A stretch of DNA of 64,000 bases from Octopus bimaculoides (GCF_001194135.2 NC_068985.1:106880191-106944190); one strand, 5' to 3'; counted from the first letter of the stretch, positions 25,951 to 40,466 are shown. The notes: generated by a model not told the origin, from the letters alone. Numbers and translations are program-made.

Positions 25951-28604
25951 NNNNNNNNNNNNNNNNNNNNNNNNNNNNNNNNNNNNNNNNNNNNNNNNNN
26001 NNNNNNNNNNNNNNNNNNNNNNNNNNNNNNNNNNNNNNNNNNNNNNNNNNNNNNNNNNNNNNNNNNNNNNNNNNNNNNNNNNNNNNNNNNNNNNNNNNNN
26101 NNNNNNNNNNNNNNNNNNNNNNNNNNNNNNNNNNNNNNNNNNNNNNNNNNNNNNNNNNNNNNNNNNNNNNNNNNNNNNNNNNNNNNNNNNNNNNNNNNNN
26201 NNNNNNNNNNNNNNNNNNNNNNNNNNNNNNNNNNNNNNNNNNNNNNNNNNNNNNNNNNNNNNNNNNNNNNNNNNNNNNNNNNNNNNNNNNNNNNNNNNNN
26301 NNNNNNNNNNNNNNNGTGGGTGAATGTGTATGAATACATGTATGTGTGGGTGGGGGGATGTAAGATCAGAGTTGGATTATGCCAGTGTGAGACCTGAAAC
26401 ATATGTTGTAAAGGGGACATAATTTTCTTTTTTTCTTTAAAAAAAAGGAGCTTTGAACAAAAAAATCTTTGCTATTTTATTGAATTATATTTTTATAGAA
26501 CCTACAGAATATTCAAAGGAGCAGTGTACATAGTTCAGCACATGGTGTTCGTGTTGGAATCGGTAGTGGTGGCAGCTGTTGCAGTGGTGATGGTAGTATT
26601 GTTGTTGTTGTTGGCGGTGGTGGTGGTGATGGTGGTAGCATGGCAGTAATGTTGGTGGTGGCAGTGGTGGTGTTGTTGATGATGGCAGTAACAGTGACAC
26701 ACAAGCTGGTCCACACTGGATTTTTGCTCCATGTAATTTCCAGAAAGATTGAATTATAATAATCTTTTTATGGCTCTCTGCATATTTAGAGATCAATGTT
26801 AAAAAGATCAGTGAGCACGTAGAATGGACTAATAAACATGAATACAAACGTTTCACTATTTATTATTTTATCTAAAACTTCATATTTACCTGCTTGACAA
26901 CGCATTTAAAACATTTACAGCAGGGACACACCAATATCCAAGCCGCTGATCATTTGGTACTAGGTTGCACAGGAAGAATTCATTTTTAAATTTTACTCCT
27001 ATTTTATTTTACTATTACAGTCTGCAGAGTGTTTTTGCATTATATTTGTAATATATATGCATTATATATGTGATAATTCAGTCATATATGATGCACTTTA
27101 TTGTGTTTCATTATACATGTGAGTCCCCAGTCCATGGAAAATTGTCATCATCATTATCATCATTTAACATACGTTTTCCATGCTGGCATGGGTTGGATGG
27201 TTTGACAAGAGCTGGTGAGCCAAAGAGCTATCAGACTCTATTTGTCTGTTCTGGCATGGTTCAATAGCTGGATGCCCTTCCTAATGCCAGCCACTTTACA
27301 GAGTGTACTGGGTGCTCTTTATGTGGCACCAGCACAAGTGTATTTTACATGGTGCCAACACAAGTGCTTTTAACATGGTAGTGGCATGAGTGCTTTTAAT
27401 GTGGCACCAGCATGCATCTTGCATATGAGCAGTCTGTAGTACAACAAAGGTTGGGACCACCAATTTAGAGGGTTAACTTAGCTTAAATATATTAAACTGT
27501 GGTGACTTTAAAGAAGTGAACTCTTTTTCAATAATTCCTGAAAATATGGAGCTTAAATTTTATATTATGAGAACTCTATTGTTATTTAAGCGACTATGAT
27601 GCACAAGTTAAATATTTTCTCCTGAGACACAGCACCTAATATAACATACATTTGTTTTAGCAGTCAGATGTTTAAAATATTATAAAATTAATTTAAACTA
27701 ATTATTTGTGCTACTGTTTTGTTATTATTTGTGCTTTAAAGTTAAACTAGAATCTCCTTGCAAACCAATGTTTTTTATGCTTGTTTAAAAATCTCCAAAT
27801 TGATTTAACAGTATTTATAATATATTAGTAATAATCTAATTTGTTTCAGTAATTTTATTTAGGAGGTAAAATAATAATCAAGCTCTATCATTTTGTGATA
27901 TGTTTCAATGTTTTGAAATAATAAACAATAAATAAATAAATAAATAAAATGGCAAGTCTGTTAATTAGAATCCAACGAAAATGAAGTCTACCCAGTTACT
28001 ATTGCCATTCGATTTAATTATTGCAATTTTTTTAAAGTGCATTGGATCTTGGAAATATTCTGAGCATTGGATCAACCTTAAAAACCTAGTCATTCATAAA
28101 ACTTGAAGGCAATATAGTACTACAGTAATGAAGCAAATGGAAAATCACTGAATCGGAAATAATAGCTTGCAAGCATTTAATTTAATGTGTACAGTATCTC
28201 GGAAGAATTCCAAGCGTTGGATCAACCTGAAACACATAGCCATTCATAAAAGTTGAATGCAGTACATAGTACTATATTAGTAAAGAATTCAGTACTCAGT
28301 GCAGGGCTCCTAAAATGCAGGGTCTGTAGTATATGCTACGCTTGCTACTAGGTTAATCCAGAAGAGTATATGATATGCAAATCGTATACTTGCACACATA
28401 GAGACACACATACACAAGTGTATACATATGTGTGTGTGTATGTGTGTATCTGTGTGTGTTTGTGTGCGTGTGTGAGAGAGAGAGAGGGGGGATAGAGAGA
28501 GAAAGTGAATGTGAGTTGCACTAGTTCTCTTTCCTCATTCTCTCTCTGTGTATGTTTGTATACACATATACATAAACATATATATATATGTATATATATA
28601 TCCA

Positions 28605-28640
<36 letters not shown>

Positions 28641-28650
28641 NNNNNNNNNN

Positions 28651-28694
<44 letters not shown>

Positions 28695-29654
28695 CATAGC
28701 ATGTACATATATATTTACAAATGCATAAATACTTTTATATATATATATATATATATATGAATATATGATGAATATGTATGTGTATGTATGAATATATATG
28801 CCTGTATATATAGCATATATATATATATAAATATGCACATGTATATATGTCTATACATGCATACACACATAATACACACACACATATATGTATGTATTTG
28901 TATGTGAGTGTGTATGTATGTATGTATATATGTATGCATGTATGCATATGTATGTATGTGTGTATGCATGTATGTATGTATGCATGTATAGATAGATAGC
29001 GTGAGATGACAATTATATCCAACATACAACAGTAACAAGATGCCGATGCTAACACATCTTGCTCACCCATATTAGATTTAACATACCATCTGTTTGAATG
29101 AAGAACAGAAACGGTAAACTATTCTGTCACTGCTACAACAGACTAACTGGAGATGCTGCAACAGTTAGCATTATGTCTTCTACTGCTGCTACTGTTGCTA
29201 CCACTACTGTTGCTGCTGCTGCTGCTGCTGCTGTTATTGATGCCAATGTTTGTCGCCGTTTTTGTTGGTGGTGATGGTGATGATGGTAGTGGAAATGATA
29301 ATGGTGATGATGGTGGTGTTGGTAATTGGTGGTGGAGATGGTGGTGATGATAATGGTGATGGTGGTGGTGGTGGTGATGGTAATGGTGGTGGAGATGGTG
29401 GTGATTGTGTTGGTGGTGGTGGTGGTGGTGATGGCGGCAGCGACAGAATTACAGTAATGATGTATAAGGTAGCAGTCACTGTGGCCTAATACCATTCAAA
29501 GGTTCGGTATTCATGTCCTGGTATTGGTGGGGGAAATGGTTGTGGTATCAGATATATGGTGGGTATAATAGTGTAGCGATGATGTGCAGTGGTGCAGTGG
29601 TGCCGTAGTGTCAGGTATGGTGTGGTTGCAGTGCCAGTTGTAATGGTAACATCT

Positions 29655-30460
29655 GATGCTGTTGCTGTTGTTTAGCTCCAGATCTGCAGTCATTAAGCAA
29701 GACATACAATTAAGTCATTCCATCTGTGACCATCCTGTCTTTTTTACTGAAAATTCAGGACCATGGTGTCCTTTTTTAAGACAGTGAAATGTGGTTTGAG
29801 TTGGATTTAACTGCAGTTTCTAGCTCACTAATTGGCCACATAGAGGTATCTTCAATGGCGTAGTATGGTAGTTGTATCAGGTATTATATTACAAGGTGTG
29901 GAGATAGTATCAGGTATTGTTGTTAACGCTACTTAACCCTAAGTCAGCCCTAATTGATCACATCTGCAAGGATATTATTTGAATTACATTTGGCTGCTAT
30001 TTCTAGCAGATCAAATGACTACATAGGGGTACCATTGTTGTTCGGTATGGTGGTTGTATCAGATTTTATGTTATGAGGTATGGTGATAGTACATGGTGTT
30101 GTTAATTTTAGTTTAGCTCTAGGTCAGACCTGATTGAACAGCTCTATATATAGAATGTGATTTGAGGCAGATTTGGCTGTTATTTCCAACAGATCAATCA
30201 AACATGCAGAAATTCCTACATTCATTTGTATCATGTATATGATGTTACTGTTTAGCTCCAGGTCAACCTCGATCATACAAACCGATGATCAAAGGCATTC
30301 CAGTTATGACCTTCCCTTTTTTTCCCGTGGACAGGGAATCCTAGTTCACACTATCCAACATGATGGTTTTTTTTTTCTTTTATATGATAGTAGGTTGTAA
30401 TTAAAGAGATTTGGCTACTATTTCTAGCAGGTTGAATGACTACAAAGAGGCTCCTACAGA
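29655..30460. repeat. Head-to-tail cluster of about four decayed copies of a SINE-like repeat
   Basis: tttagc(t/c)c(c/t)aggtca and tttggctgctatttctagcag motifs recur about every 180-200 bp. The family is also at about 300-470, 2460-2650, 3480-3780, 5290-5520, 17190, 18620 and 31000. Confidence 0.7.
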
Positions 30461-32186
30461 TTGGTGCAGTGTTAGTGTCATGTTTGTGCAATAGTAGTGC
30501 CAGTTGTGTAATGGAAGAATCAGGTTGGTGTGTAGCGGTAGTGTTAGGTATGGTTTAATAATGGTGATGTGGTGGTGGTGTTGGTGGTGGTAGTAGTGTC
30601 AGGTGTGGTGTGATATGGTGATGGTGGTGGTTGGTGGTAGTAGCATTAAACGTGGTGCAGTGACAGTTTCTCCAATAGTGGTGGTATCAGATGTACTGTG
30701 ATAGTAGCGACAGGTGTGGTGTAGAGTTACGCCACCAACACAAACACCACCACCGTCACCACCACTACTGCCGCTGTCGCTGCCGCCACCACCGCCTTCA
30801 CCACCTTTGTCATTACTATCCCCTTCAACACCAACACCTTCGCCACCATTGCAATCATCACCACCTCCAACACCAATGCCATCACCACCACCAACAACAC
30901 TATCGTCCCCACCACTACCACCAACAACTACAACATAAACACCACTGTCACCATCACCACCAATGGCAACAATAACATGCTAATGAATGAGCCTTTACAC
31001 GGTTGTTAGGCCTGCTAGAAATAGCAGTTAAATTCCCTTCACTGCCATCTTAAAAAAGAACTTGGTCAATGTGGAGTTAGCTTCCCTGCATAAAGGTAAA
31101 AAAATTGGATGGTCACAGCTGTTATAGATCATAGATTTACTTAATCAACTTTGACCAGGGGCTAACCACCACCACCAACAACAAAACATCATGAATACCA
31201 TCCTTGATAATTACACCATTGGTTACTGCACCAATAATAATTATTGCCAATGTCACTACTAACACCACAAACATCATGATCATTCATGGAGTGACAAGGA
31301 TCAGCTAGTCATCCTTAAGGATGGTTAGTGACATATGTGGTGACTTTGTTGAAAGTGAAGAAGTGTTGTACACCATGAACCTTACTCTCTCGTTTGTAAC
31401 TGTCTTCAGTCAAGTGGCAAAACCAGGTCAAAACGACTGGGAATGGACATGAATGCAGTGGATGACCAAGATGTCTTACTTGCTCCATCTTGTTCTCTGC
31501 ACACCACAATGCATTGCTGCAACTGCCTTCCCCTCCAGTGAACCATGATGATTTTTTCTGCAGAGTCCACCAGATCCAGTCTTCCCATGCATAGGTAGGC
31601 AAGCCCTGATATGCTACTTGACCCATAGCTGGGACCCTGGGTATGATTTTAAAGAGCATCTGGTAGTGGGGTCTTGGGTTGGGAGTTTCAGGATTTTGAG
31701 GAGTGTGGAATCATCTCTTAGCCACTATTGTTTCCAGGTCTGTTCTCACTCAGAGTAATAGAACCATCAACTCTAACACTGCCACAAATACACTCAACAG
31801 TTTAGAAAACTCAGCATGTTTAAACTTCATTACTGCACCTTGTATGACAAACTGCTTCAAATCTGCATGCACAGTATTTAAACCAGATGGAAATATGATG
31901 AAATTTGAATAAGGGATCTAGGGATCATTCAATTGATACCTTGCATACCATAGACAAGCCAAAGCATGCTGGTTGCCTGTAACAAACCTAAATTAAATCT
32001 TCAAGAATATGCACATCATAAAAGACACTCACATGCAGCCTTGGCATCACTGTCCTACACTAATTAATTTCTAATTTCACTATATCAATTGAGACAACTA
32101 CACACAGACATAGCTATGTGAATAAGATGATATTCTCCCAGTCACAAGGTTTTGAGGTTCAGTTCCTCAACCTGGCTGAAACTGCC

Positions 32187-32380
32187 TCTGGCTCTGTAGA
32201 ACAAATATTTTGTTTTCAAATGTTCTAAATTAAAATCTTCCACCAAACCTTAGTCACAATTTATGTTCCTAACATTAGCTTAATGATAACTAAGTTATTT
32301 TACTAAATTCTTTGTTATATTTAAAATTAGTTGAAAGAAACACAGAGCATCTCAAAGAAATATGGTAACAAAAGGGCTAA
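32187..32380 (-). mobile_element. piggyBac-type MITE end fragment
   Basis: Reverse complement begins ttagCCCTTTTGTTACCATATTTC, resembling a TTAA|CCCTTT piggyBac terminus. Confidence 0.5.
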
Positions 32381-34269
32381 GGAAGAAAAATCCCAAAGAA
32401 ATTGTGCTTCTAGTGACATTGAAGGTGAATAATATTTGTTTGGAATTCCCAGAATCTTTTGGATAGTCACTGCAGGAACAACAACTCACAATGAACAACT
32501 CACAATCACCTTTGCCTGTTTTCACTGGTGAGAAATAGTTGTGGCTCTCTGAAAGAATGTCTGCAATAACTTGCAGAAGAGAATAATGCTTAAAAATATA
32601 TATATATAAACTTCTTGTGAGTAGTTTACATGACTATGTACATCTACATACGTTCAGACTGATGCATAACCACACACACATTCATAGATTGTGCTGTCTG
32701 GTCAGGATTAATAATGGAAGTGGAAAATCAACCAGGAACTAAAAGACTTTTGACAACAGTTCAATGAAATGTTAGGACACCATCATCATCATCATCATCA
32801 TCATCGTTGTCACCGTCGTCGTCATCATCATCATTATCATCATCATCATCAACAACATTTAACAAGCATTTTCCCTGATGGTATTGGTTGAATGGCTTGA
32901 TAGAAACTGGCAAAGTCAGTAGCCACACCAGGTTCCATAGTCAATTTTGGCTTGATTGGTTTTCTACAGCTTCCTGCTCTTCCTAATACCAACCACTTTA
33001 CAGAGTTTACTCTGGGTGCTTTTACATGGCACCATCTCCAGAGATTTTTACATGGTACCAGCACCACCCTTAAGATCTCAATTCTATTGTGGAGAGTGAG
33101 TCTTCTTGAGTACAGTAATGAGCGACATATCTCAGTCGTGTGTCATCTCCTTCATAAGGCTCAAAGTTTTGAGACCGGCCTTCATTACTTCATCCCATGT
33201 CTTCCTGGGTTTCCCTCTTTCACAGCTTACCTCTACTGTCCTGTAGTTGTGATAAGTATAGTGTTGATGGCTGCAACTCCAACTGAGGTCTTCTACTTAC
33301 CAGTAGTGACAAATACCTAACAAAAAGCCAAATGCAAAGCACCATCACTGAAGACTTTAACATTTGTTATCTTTTACTTGTTTCAATCATTGAACTGCAG
33401 CCATGCTGGAGCACCACCTTGAATGGTTTTAGCAGAACAAATCAACCTCAGTATTTATGTTTTGTTTTTTAAGTCTGTTACTTATACTATCAGTCCTTTT
33501 TGTTGAACTCCTAGGTTATGAGAATGTAAATAACCAACACCAGTTGTCAAGTTGTGGTAAGGTACAAAAACAAAGATACACACACACACTCACACACACA
33601 CATTGGGCTTCCATACAGTTTTTGTCCTCCAAAATCACGGACAAAGCATTGGTTAGCCTAGGGCTATAGAAAAAGACCCTTGCCCAAGGTGATGTACAAT
33701 GGAACTAAACCTGAAACCATGTGGCTGTACAACAAGCTTCATAACCACACAGCCATGCCTGTCATGACAGCAGGACAAAACAAACATACTTAACACCAGA
33801 GTTATGCATGGTGCAAAGTACCTGAAGAATCCTTTGCAATTAAGATACAAAGATACAAAGTTGTTTTTGACATACATTTAAATCACAAGAAACAGGTCCT
33901 GCCAAACCTGTTAAGTTAAACTCAGAAAAATTATATATCACCAGTCACAAGGTGAAATAGAAAAGATAAGAGAGAATTTTACTTATTAATGGGATATGAA
34001 AGAACTGATGATCAACCAGGAGTAATGTTCTGAACATCTGCAACTTTTCAAGCAGGTGGTAGGTAGAAATAAGAATTATTGTTCTCTTCATATAATGGGG
34101 GAAATGAGCATAGTAAATCCCTACAGGTGGGTACAATATTTAATACTTAGTATCAAATCAATTAATAGTAGTAACTCATTTATCAATTACTGACCATTGA
34201 TTATCATTTCTCAGTCATAAATTGAAGATTACCATCCCATTTATATTTTGATCCCCGTACCTTGAGGGT

Positions 34270-35030
34270 ATGCCCTAGCTTGTTCTCTGCAGATTGGTCA
34301 TGGTTCTGCCTCTCAAATCATCCATGATGAGCTCAGCTTTCATAAAGTCTGTGCAAGATGGGTGCCAAGAGAGTTTACTGCAGAGCATAAGTGCAAATGT
34401 CTTGACGTTTGCCAACACTTACTTGATCACTACAACAATGAGGGCAAGGAATAGTCACAGGAGATGAAAGGTAGGTCCATCATTATGAGGCAAAATTCAA
34501 AAGACAGAGTATGGAGTGGAAACATCCTGGCTCACCAGTGACAAAGAGATTCAAGACTCAGTCTTCCATGGGAAAGGTAACGCTAACCCGTTTTGGGGAC
34601 TCAAAATTACTCCTGGAAAAGGGGTGTATGACCAACAGTGCAAAATACAGTGCTCTGCTGGCCAACACACTGAAGCCAGCAATTCACACCAAATGCCAAA
34701 GCCTGTTGTGGAAGAAAGTTTTGTTGTTGCATGACAATGTACACCCACACACAGCCACCCAGACCAGTGAAACCATTAACCAATTGGATTTTGAGGTGTT
34801 GGAACACCCTGCCTACAGCCCAGATCTTGCCCTTTCCAACTATCATATCTTTGGACCACTCAAAAATTGTTTACTAGGTCATTAATTTCCTATGGGTGAA
34901 GATATGAAGGAAGCAGTGCATAAATGGTTGCATGACCAACCGAAAACCTTCTTTTTGGAGGGAATATGCAAATTTGCGGACAGGTGGACCAAGTGCATCG
35001 AAAAGAAGAAGACTATAGAGAAAAATGACA
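34270..35030 (+). mobile_element. mariner (DD34D-type) transposase relic
   Basis: FHKVCARWVPREF near 34340; ORF 34511-34885 has LLLHDNVHPH and HPAYSPDLALSNYHIFGPLK; continues EAVHKWLHDQPKTFFLEGICKFADRWTKCIEK. Confidence 0.9.
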
Positions 35031-35187
35031 TGCTTGTTTATATATCCAAGGAAGTTAGTGGTTTTGAATCCAACCCACTAAGGGATAATATCTATCCAAT
35101 ATACTGCTGGAAGAATACCCAATTATTAATACACTAGTGTTTTTTCATTGCATGGCACACCTATTAATCCCCTCCATTTTCTTATTG

Positions 35188-35280
<93 letters not shown>

Positions 35281-35292
35281 TATATACATATA

Positions 35293-35328
<36 letters not shown>

Positions 35329-36489
35329 TACATGTACTTGCATACACATACACTCACAGATATATCAACAACGATCATCTGCACAGTTTCCATTCACAAG
35401 ATATTGGTCAACCTGACGTTATAGCAGAAGACATTTGTCCAAGGTATAACACTGTGAGATCAAACCTACAATAATATGATTGAGAAATGAACTTCTTAAC
35501 GATGCATCTATGATGGTGCTTATACACCCTACTAGCATCCACACATGCATGCACACACACAGAGGCAAACACACAGGCACAGACACAGACACACACACAC
35601 ACACACACACATGCATGTAGGCACACGCGCGCGTGCACACACACACACACACACACGTGTGCACACATATATTATACATTAGACCCTGTGATAATAAATC
35701 TAATTCACCTTAGAAACTCATTTATTACCACATCAATTAAAATATAGTTATTTAGGGACAATTCACTCCAAATTGTCAGCCAAAATTGAAAGTCTACATT
35801 CAAAATATCCCTTTAAGAACTAATTAACACAAATAATCAATAGAAATAAATGTGTATAATAAAACAATGTAACAAAGATAATAAATAGCAACAAGAACAA
35901 ACATAAACAAAACAAAAAGTTAAAAAATTTTTTAAATTAATAAATAAAAAAATCCATACCTAATTTCAAAAATCTCCCACCACTAAGATATAAAAATTAG
36001 CAGATATTAAAGTAAACATTAAAGGTGTTATTAGATTATGAATAACAGAAATAATCTGTAAAATTGAAGAATGATTAAATTAAATTTTAAAGCATATTAA
36101 AAATTTAAAGATTAAAAATTATAAATGAACAACTGAGAAATCACATAATTTCTCACCTTAGTTTGGCAGATTGTTCAACCAAAATTAAAGGCAGCAGAAT
36201 GGTAAGAGTAGAAGAAATAACCAAGAAGAGAAATCATTTCTTCTAAACCTCTAAGGGGAACTTTTTTTTCCGCAGAATTATCAGGATTTCTAGTTACTGA
36301 AGAAGAAGCTGCAGAAGTAGAACATTCTTGGATCACTTGTTTTAAAGAAATATCTAGAGTGGATTGCTGCTGTCTATTCATCTTAGTAGTAATTTTTTCT
36401 TTACTATAATGATTGATCTCTCTGTTGGCTCTATATTGGCAAAAAATCTCTTTCTTGAATGCATTCTCCCCATTTAATAGCATCTCATA

Positions 36490-37300
36490 GGAGCACTTTC
36501 ATGCCTCTTTCTTCTCAAAATCAGTTAGTGAAAGTGTGGCATTATCTATACATACTTCTCACCCACAACAACTTGATTCTCTCTCTTCTAGCAATCCAGA
36601 ACACCTCACACCTTTATCCGCATGCTGTAAAGCATTCTTTTTTTCTCACATGAATGTTGTCAGACTGGCTTTTGTGCCCACTAGATTGACAGGATGATCA
36701 GGAGCTATGTTGGTTTCTTGAAATTAAATTTGTAAATCATCAAGTTATTTGCATCACTAAGCTCCTGCAGGTTTGTTCCTTCCTCATTCCTAGAATCAAA
36801 GCTACAACTCTATGTACATCATGGAATCCACTGGCGTTCTCCCTAAAATATCCATTGAAATAAGATCATTGTCATTTATCATCAAAGTAGTCCTCAAAAG
36901 GGCCCAACTGAATCAGTCCCACTGTTCATCTGTTAGTCAAGACAGTGGATCAAATGCAGAAATAAATATTGCCATTGATTTACCTATGACTAGTCTAAGC
37001 TTAACAATCCTGCCACATACTCTGACTATCTCACTTACTTTATCTGCCTAGTTCTCTGTCAAGAGTATGCCAACTCAGAAGAACTTATATCTTTTTTCCT
37101 TATCCATGAAGAATCTGATAGAGGTTACCCTCCACCTTACCTTTTGCACACCATATACATCTACATGCCTCTAATACTTCAGCAATCTTTCTGAATTTAT
37201 CTTTCATTGTGCTTTTATTGATTGTGGTCACTCAAAGGTTGTAGACTTGATAGGAAGAGTGAGTAGGTGACTGGGAGATTGTTTTCAGCACCTGATAAAA
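36490..37300 (-). mobile_element. RTE-clade LINE, AP-endonuclease domain relic
   Basis: Broken minus frames give VQKVRWR, RYKFF*VGILL, EIVRVCGRIVKLRLV and SRNEEGTNLQELSDANNLMI. Confidence 0.75.
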
Positions 37301-37837
37301 AAATAAAGGTTTGTGTAAACATTTGCTGATTGGCAGAGGGTTCTTTGTCATGTTCAAATATCCAAATATTTCTACTCAATGATTTACTATTACATTCAGA
37401 CATTAAATCATTAAAGCACCTGTTAGAAGAGAGAAGAGGGTCCATAAGGCAACAAGAGGCCTTGCCTAGGAGACTGGAGAGGAAGGTCATACATAGAAGA
37501 GAAAAAATATCACACAAACACACATGCATATATTCCCATACATTAACATGTAATGACATGTAAATATATGCATGTTACATCCATACATAGTTTGCCAGGG
37601 GAATCAATCGCTTACATCATTAAATGAGGTGATAGGAAATGGTGAGCATAAGCAAGGGAATTGAAAGAAATATTGCACAGACTATTAAACCCACAGTATT
37701 TTTTTCCCAATGTCCTTCCAATCTTTCGGCTAGACTCTGAGTAGTCTCCCGAATATATGCTGAGGTTGTGTTCATGCATCCTTCATACATTTTTACTGAT
37801 CTTGTGAATACATCTATCTGTCTGTCTGTCTGTCTGT

Positions 37838-37869
<32 letters not shown>

Positions 37870-37894
37870 ATATATATATATATATATATCTATA

Positions 37895-37932
<38 letters not shown>

Positions 37933-38619
37933 NNNNNNNNNNNNNNNNNNNNNNNNNNNNNNNNNNNNNNNNNNNNNNNNNNNNNNNNNNNNNNNNNNNN
38001 NNNNNNNNNNNNNNNNNNNNNNNNNNNNNNNNNNNNNNNNNNNNNNNNNNNNNNNNNNNNNNNNNNNNNNNNNNNNNNNNNNNNNNNNNNNNNNNNNNNN
38101 NNNNNNNNNNNNNNNNNNNNNNNNNNNNNNNNNNNNNNNNNNNNNNNNNNNNNNNNNNNNNNNNNNNNNNATATATATATATATCTTTACTAAAATAGCT
38201 GCCACACTGCCACACCACAGTTTCCTTTATATCTTTATATATACATATGTCCCTTAGTAAACAACTATCACTTGGAATTAATATTTAGAATTAGAAATTT
38301 AAAACTTTTACTGTTTTTTAAATAACGACTGTCACTTGAAATTAGTTTAGATTGATTATTTGTACAACGAAAGTAAACTACAAACTCCCTCTTCCTTTCA
38401 ATGGCTCTCTAAACTTTATAATTACATATGGCATCTAATTAAAAATTATACTGTCTCTTCTTGAAATTAGTTTGAAATTATTTGTACATTAAGAATAAAA
38501 CTACAGCATCACTTGAGAATCTCAGAGAACATTTAATACAGTACTTGTCCTTCAATAATAAAGAAATTGTAAAATGCTTGAGGTAGAAATTTACAGATTA
38601 CATACATCCTCATCCTTAT

Positions 38620-40140
38620 CCTCATCATTTAACGTCTGTTTTCCATGCTAGGTGACCATAATTGGTCACCTAGGTAAGAGAAATTATCTACTACTTCTAA
38701 AGATCACACTGGACATTTGAGGGAGTCTATTTTCTTTATATCCCCAGTGTTGATAGTACCTGTACATCTGCCACATACAAAGACCACTTTCTCCGTTAAG
38801 TTTCCTGTGATACCATTGCAACTCTTATGTGTTTGTAGCTTGCAATGGGTACAACATAAGGATTTTCTACCAATCACTTTTTCTACATATCAAGCAGGGC
38901 CATCTCCTTGAAGGGATTAGGAATTTGTCTGTTTTCCCACATAATAGAACATTAGTCTTTGTTAAATTAACTCTAATGCCCTTTGATTCCAGATCTTGCT
39001 TCCACATCAAATAGTGATTCAGTAATAAGAACAATAAGAACAATAAGAACATAGAGGAGTTCCCAGGGGCAGCCAGTCTTAAATTTCCCTATTATGGCCT
39101 GGAAGGTTATGATAAATAAGAGGGGGCTGAGAACAAATTCATGGTGAACTCCTAAATTTATCACTATACTCACTAACCACTCATTTATCCCTACCTTCCA
39201 CTTTGAAGACTAGACAAGGGAGTGAGGGACCCTATTTCCATGTTGACAAAAGCCAAATAAAGAGGTTTATTTCTGGCAAAATACTTCTGCAGTTGCATCA
39301 CCAGGAAGATAGCATCAGCAGTAATTCTTCCTGGCACAAAACCAAACTGTATCTCACCTAAGTTAACTCTCTTCCCAGTTAGTTAAGATACAACCCTTTC
39401 TGTAACTTTCATCACCTGGTCCAGCAATTTGATACTTCTGTAATTATTTCTATGGTGTCACATTTATCTTTGTAGCAGTTGGTTATAATGCTGCTACGCC
39501 AGTCATAGGGAATGACTCCCTTTTAATTAATTATAAGGGTAACTAAGCCATATCCCACTCTGTCAGAAATTTTAAATATCTCAGCAGTAATTCCTGACGG
39601 ACCAAGTGCTTTCCCTGCCTTCATATCTTAAACTATTTTATCTACCAGGTACTGTTCCTTTGGATATCTGTCCCTCTGTTGTGTCCACATTAGGAAGACT
39701 CTCCTTCTTCCACACATTCTCTACAACCTTTCATAGTGACACTTCCAAGCATCCTTCTTTGTAGGATCACTAACTGCAAGTGAACCATCACCTATGCAAA
39801 CACACTTCTCTCCTACAACATCACAATTTTCTGACACACTGTTTCACAATCCAAAACACTTCAAGCTTCTGGTCCTTATGTTGCAAAACATTAGCAAACT
39901 TCTTCCTTTCTGATTCTTCTCTGGCTATATATACCTGTCTCCTAGCCTCCCTTCTAGCTATCTTATATAGTTCCTTGTTACCAAGATACTTCCAGTACTT
40001 CCAGACCCTGTTATTCTTTGTTTTAATGGCCCTGTCTACTTCTCTGTCCCACCACCATGTCACTTTAGATGTGGAGGGACTTTGCACAAGCCACAAATTT
40101 GGTCAGTGGTCCTCATCAAGTTGTCCTGTCCAGTTGTCTT
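38620..40140 (-). mobile_element. RTE-clade LINE, reverse-transcriptase region relic
   Basis: GKALGPSGITAEIFK, NYRSIKLLDQVMK, QFGFVPGRITADAIF, VHHEFVLSPLLFII, WKQDLESKGIRVNLTKT...RWPCLIC; multiple stops. Confidence 0.85.
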
Positions 40141-40466
40141 CTTTGTCATTATCATCTCCTTCTTGTAATATGCTTGAATTAAAATAGCTCTAAATCTCTG
40201 ACTATTCAGAGAATCCTTAAGTTTCCAGATCTTTCTTTTCCAGACTGATTTGCTTCTTGATATCCTTCAAACCCAGAATCCAGAGTTTAAGTATATGTAT
40301 GCATATATATATATATGCAAATATAAATATTATTCTAATTTCTAGACGTACAGATGTAGAATTTGAGGGAAAATTAGGGATTAGAAAATATAGAGCAAAC
40401 AATTTTGATCTCACAATGGGATCTATTGACTCTGCCCAAGTTACTGATCTCATTTGTTTCTATTTG

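Noticed and set aside
36162-36201. Plus-strand exon-like unit (ctcaccttag|WQIVQPKLKAAE|gtaaga); similar units at 51625-51698 and near 56279
   Set aside because: Good splice sites but no recognisable protein or coherent chain. Such candidates occur on both strands, showing that the chance background is high.
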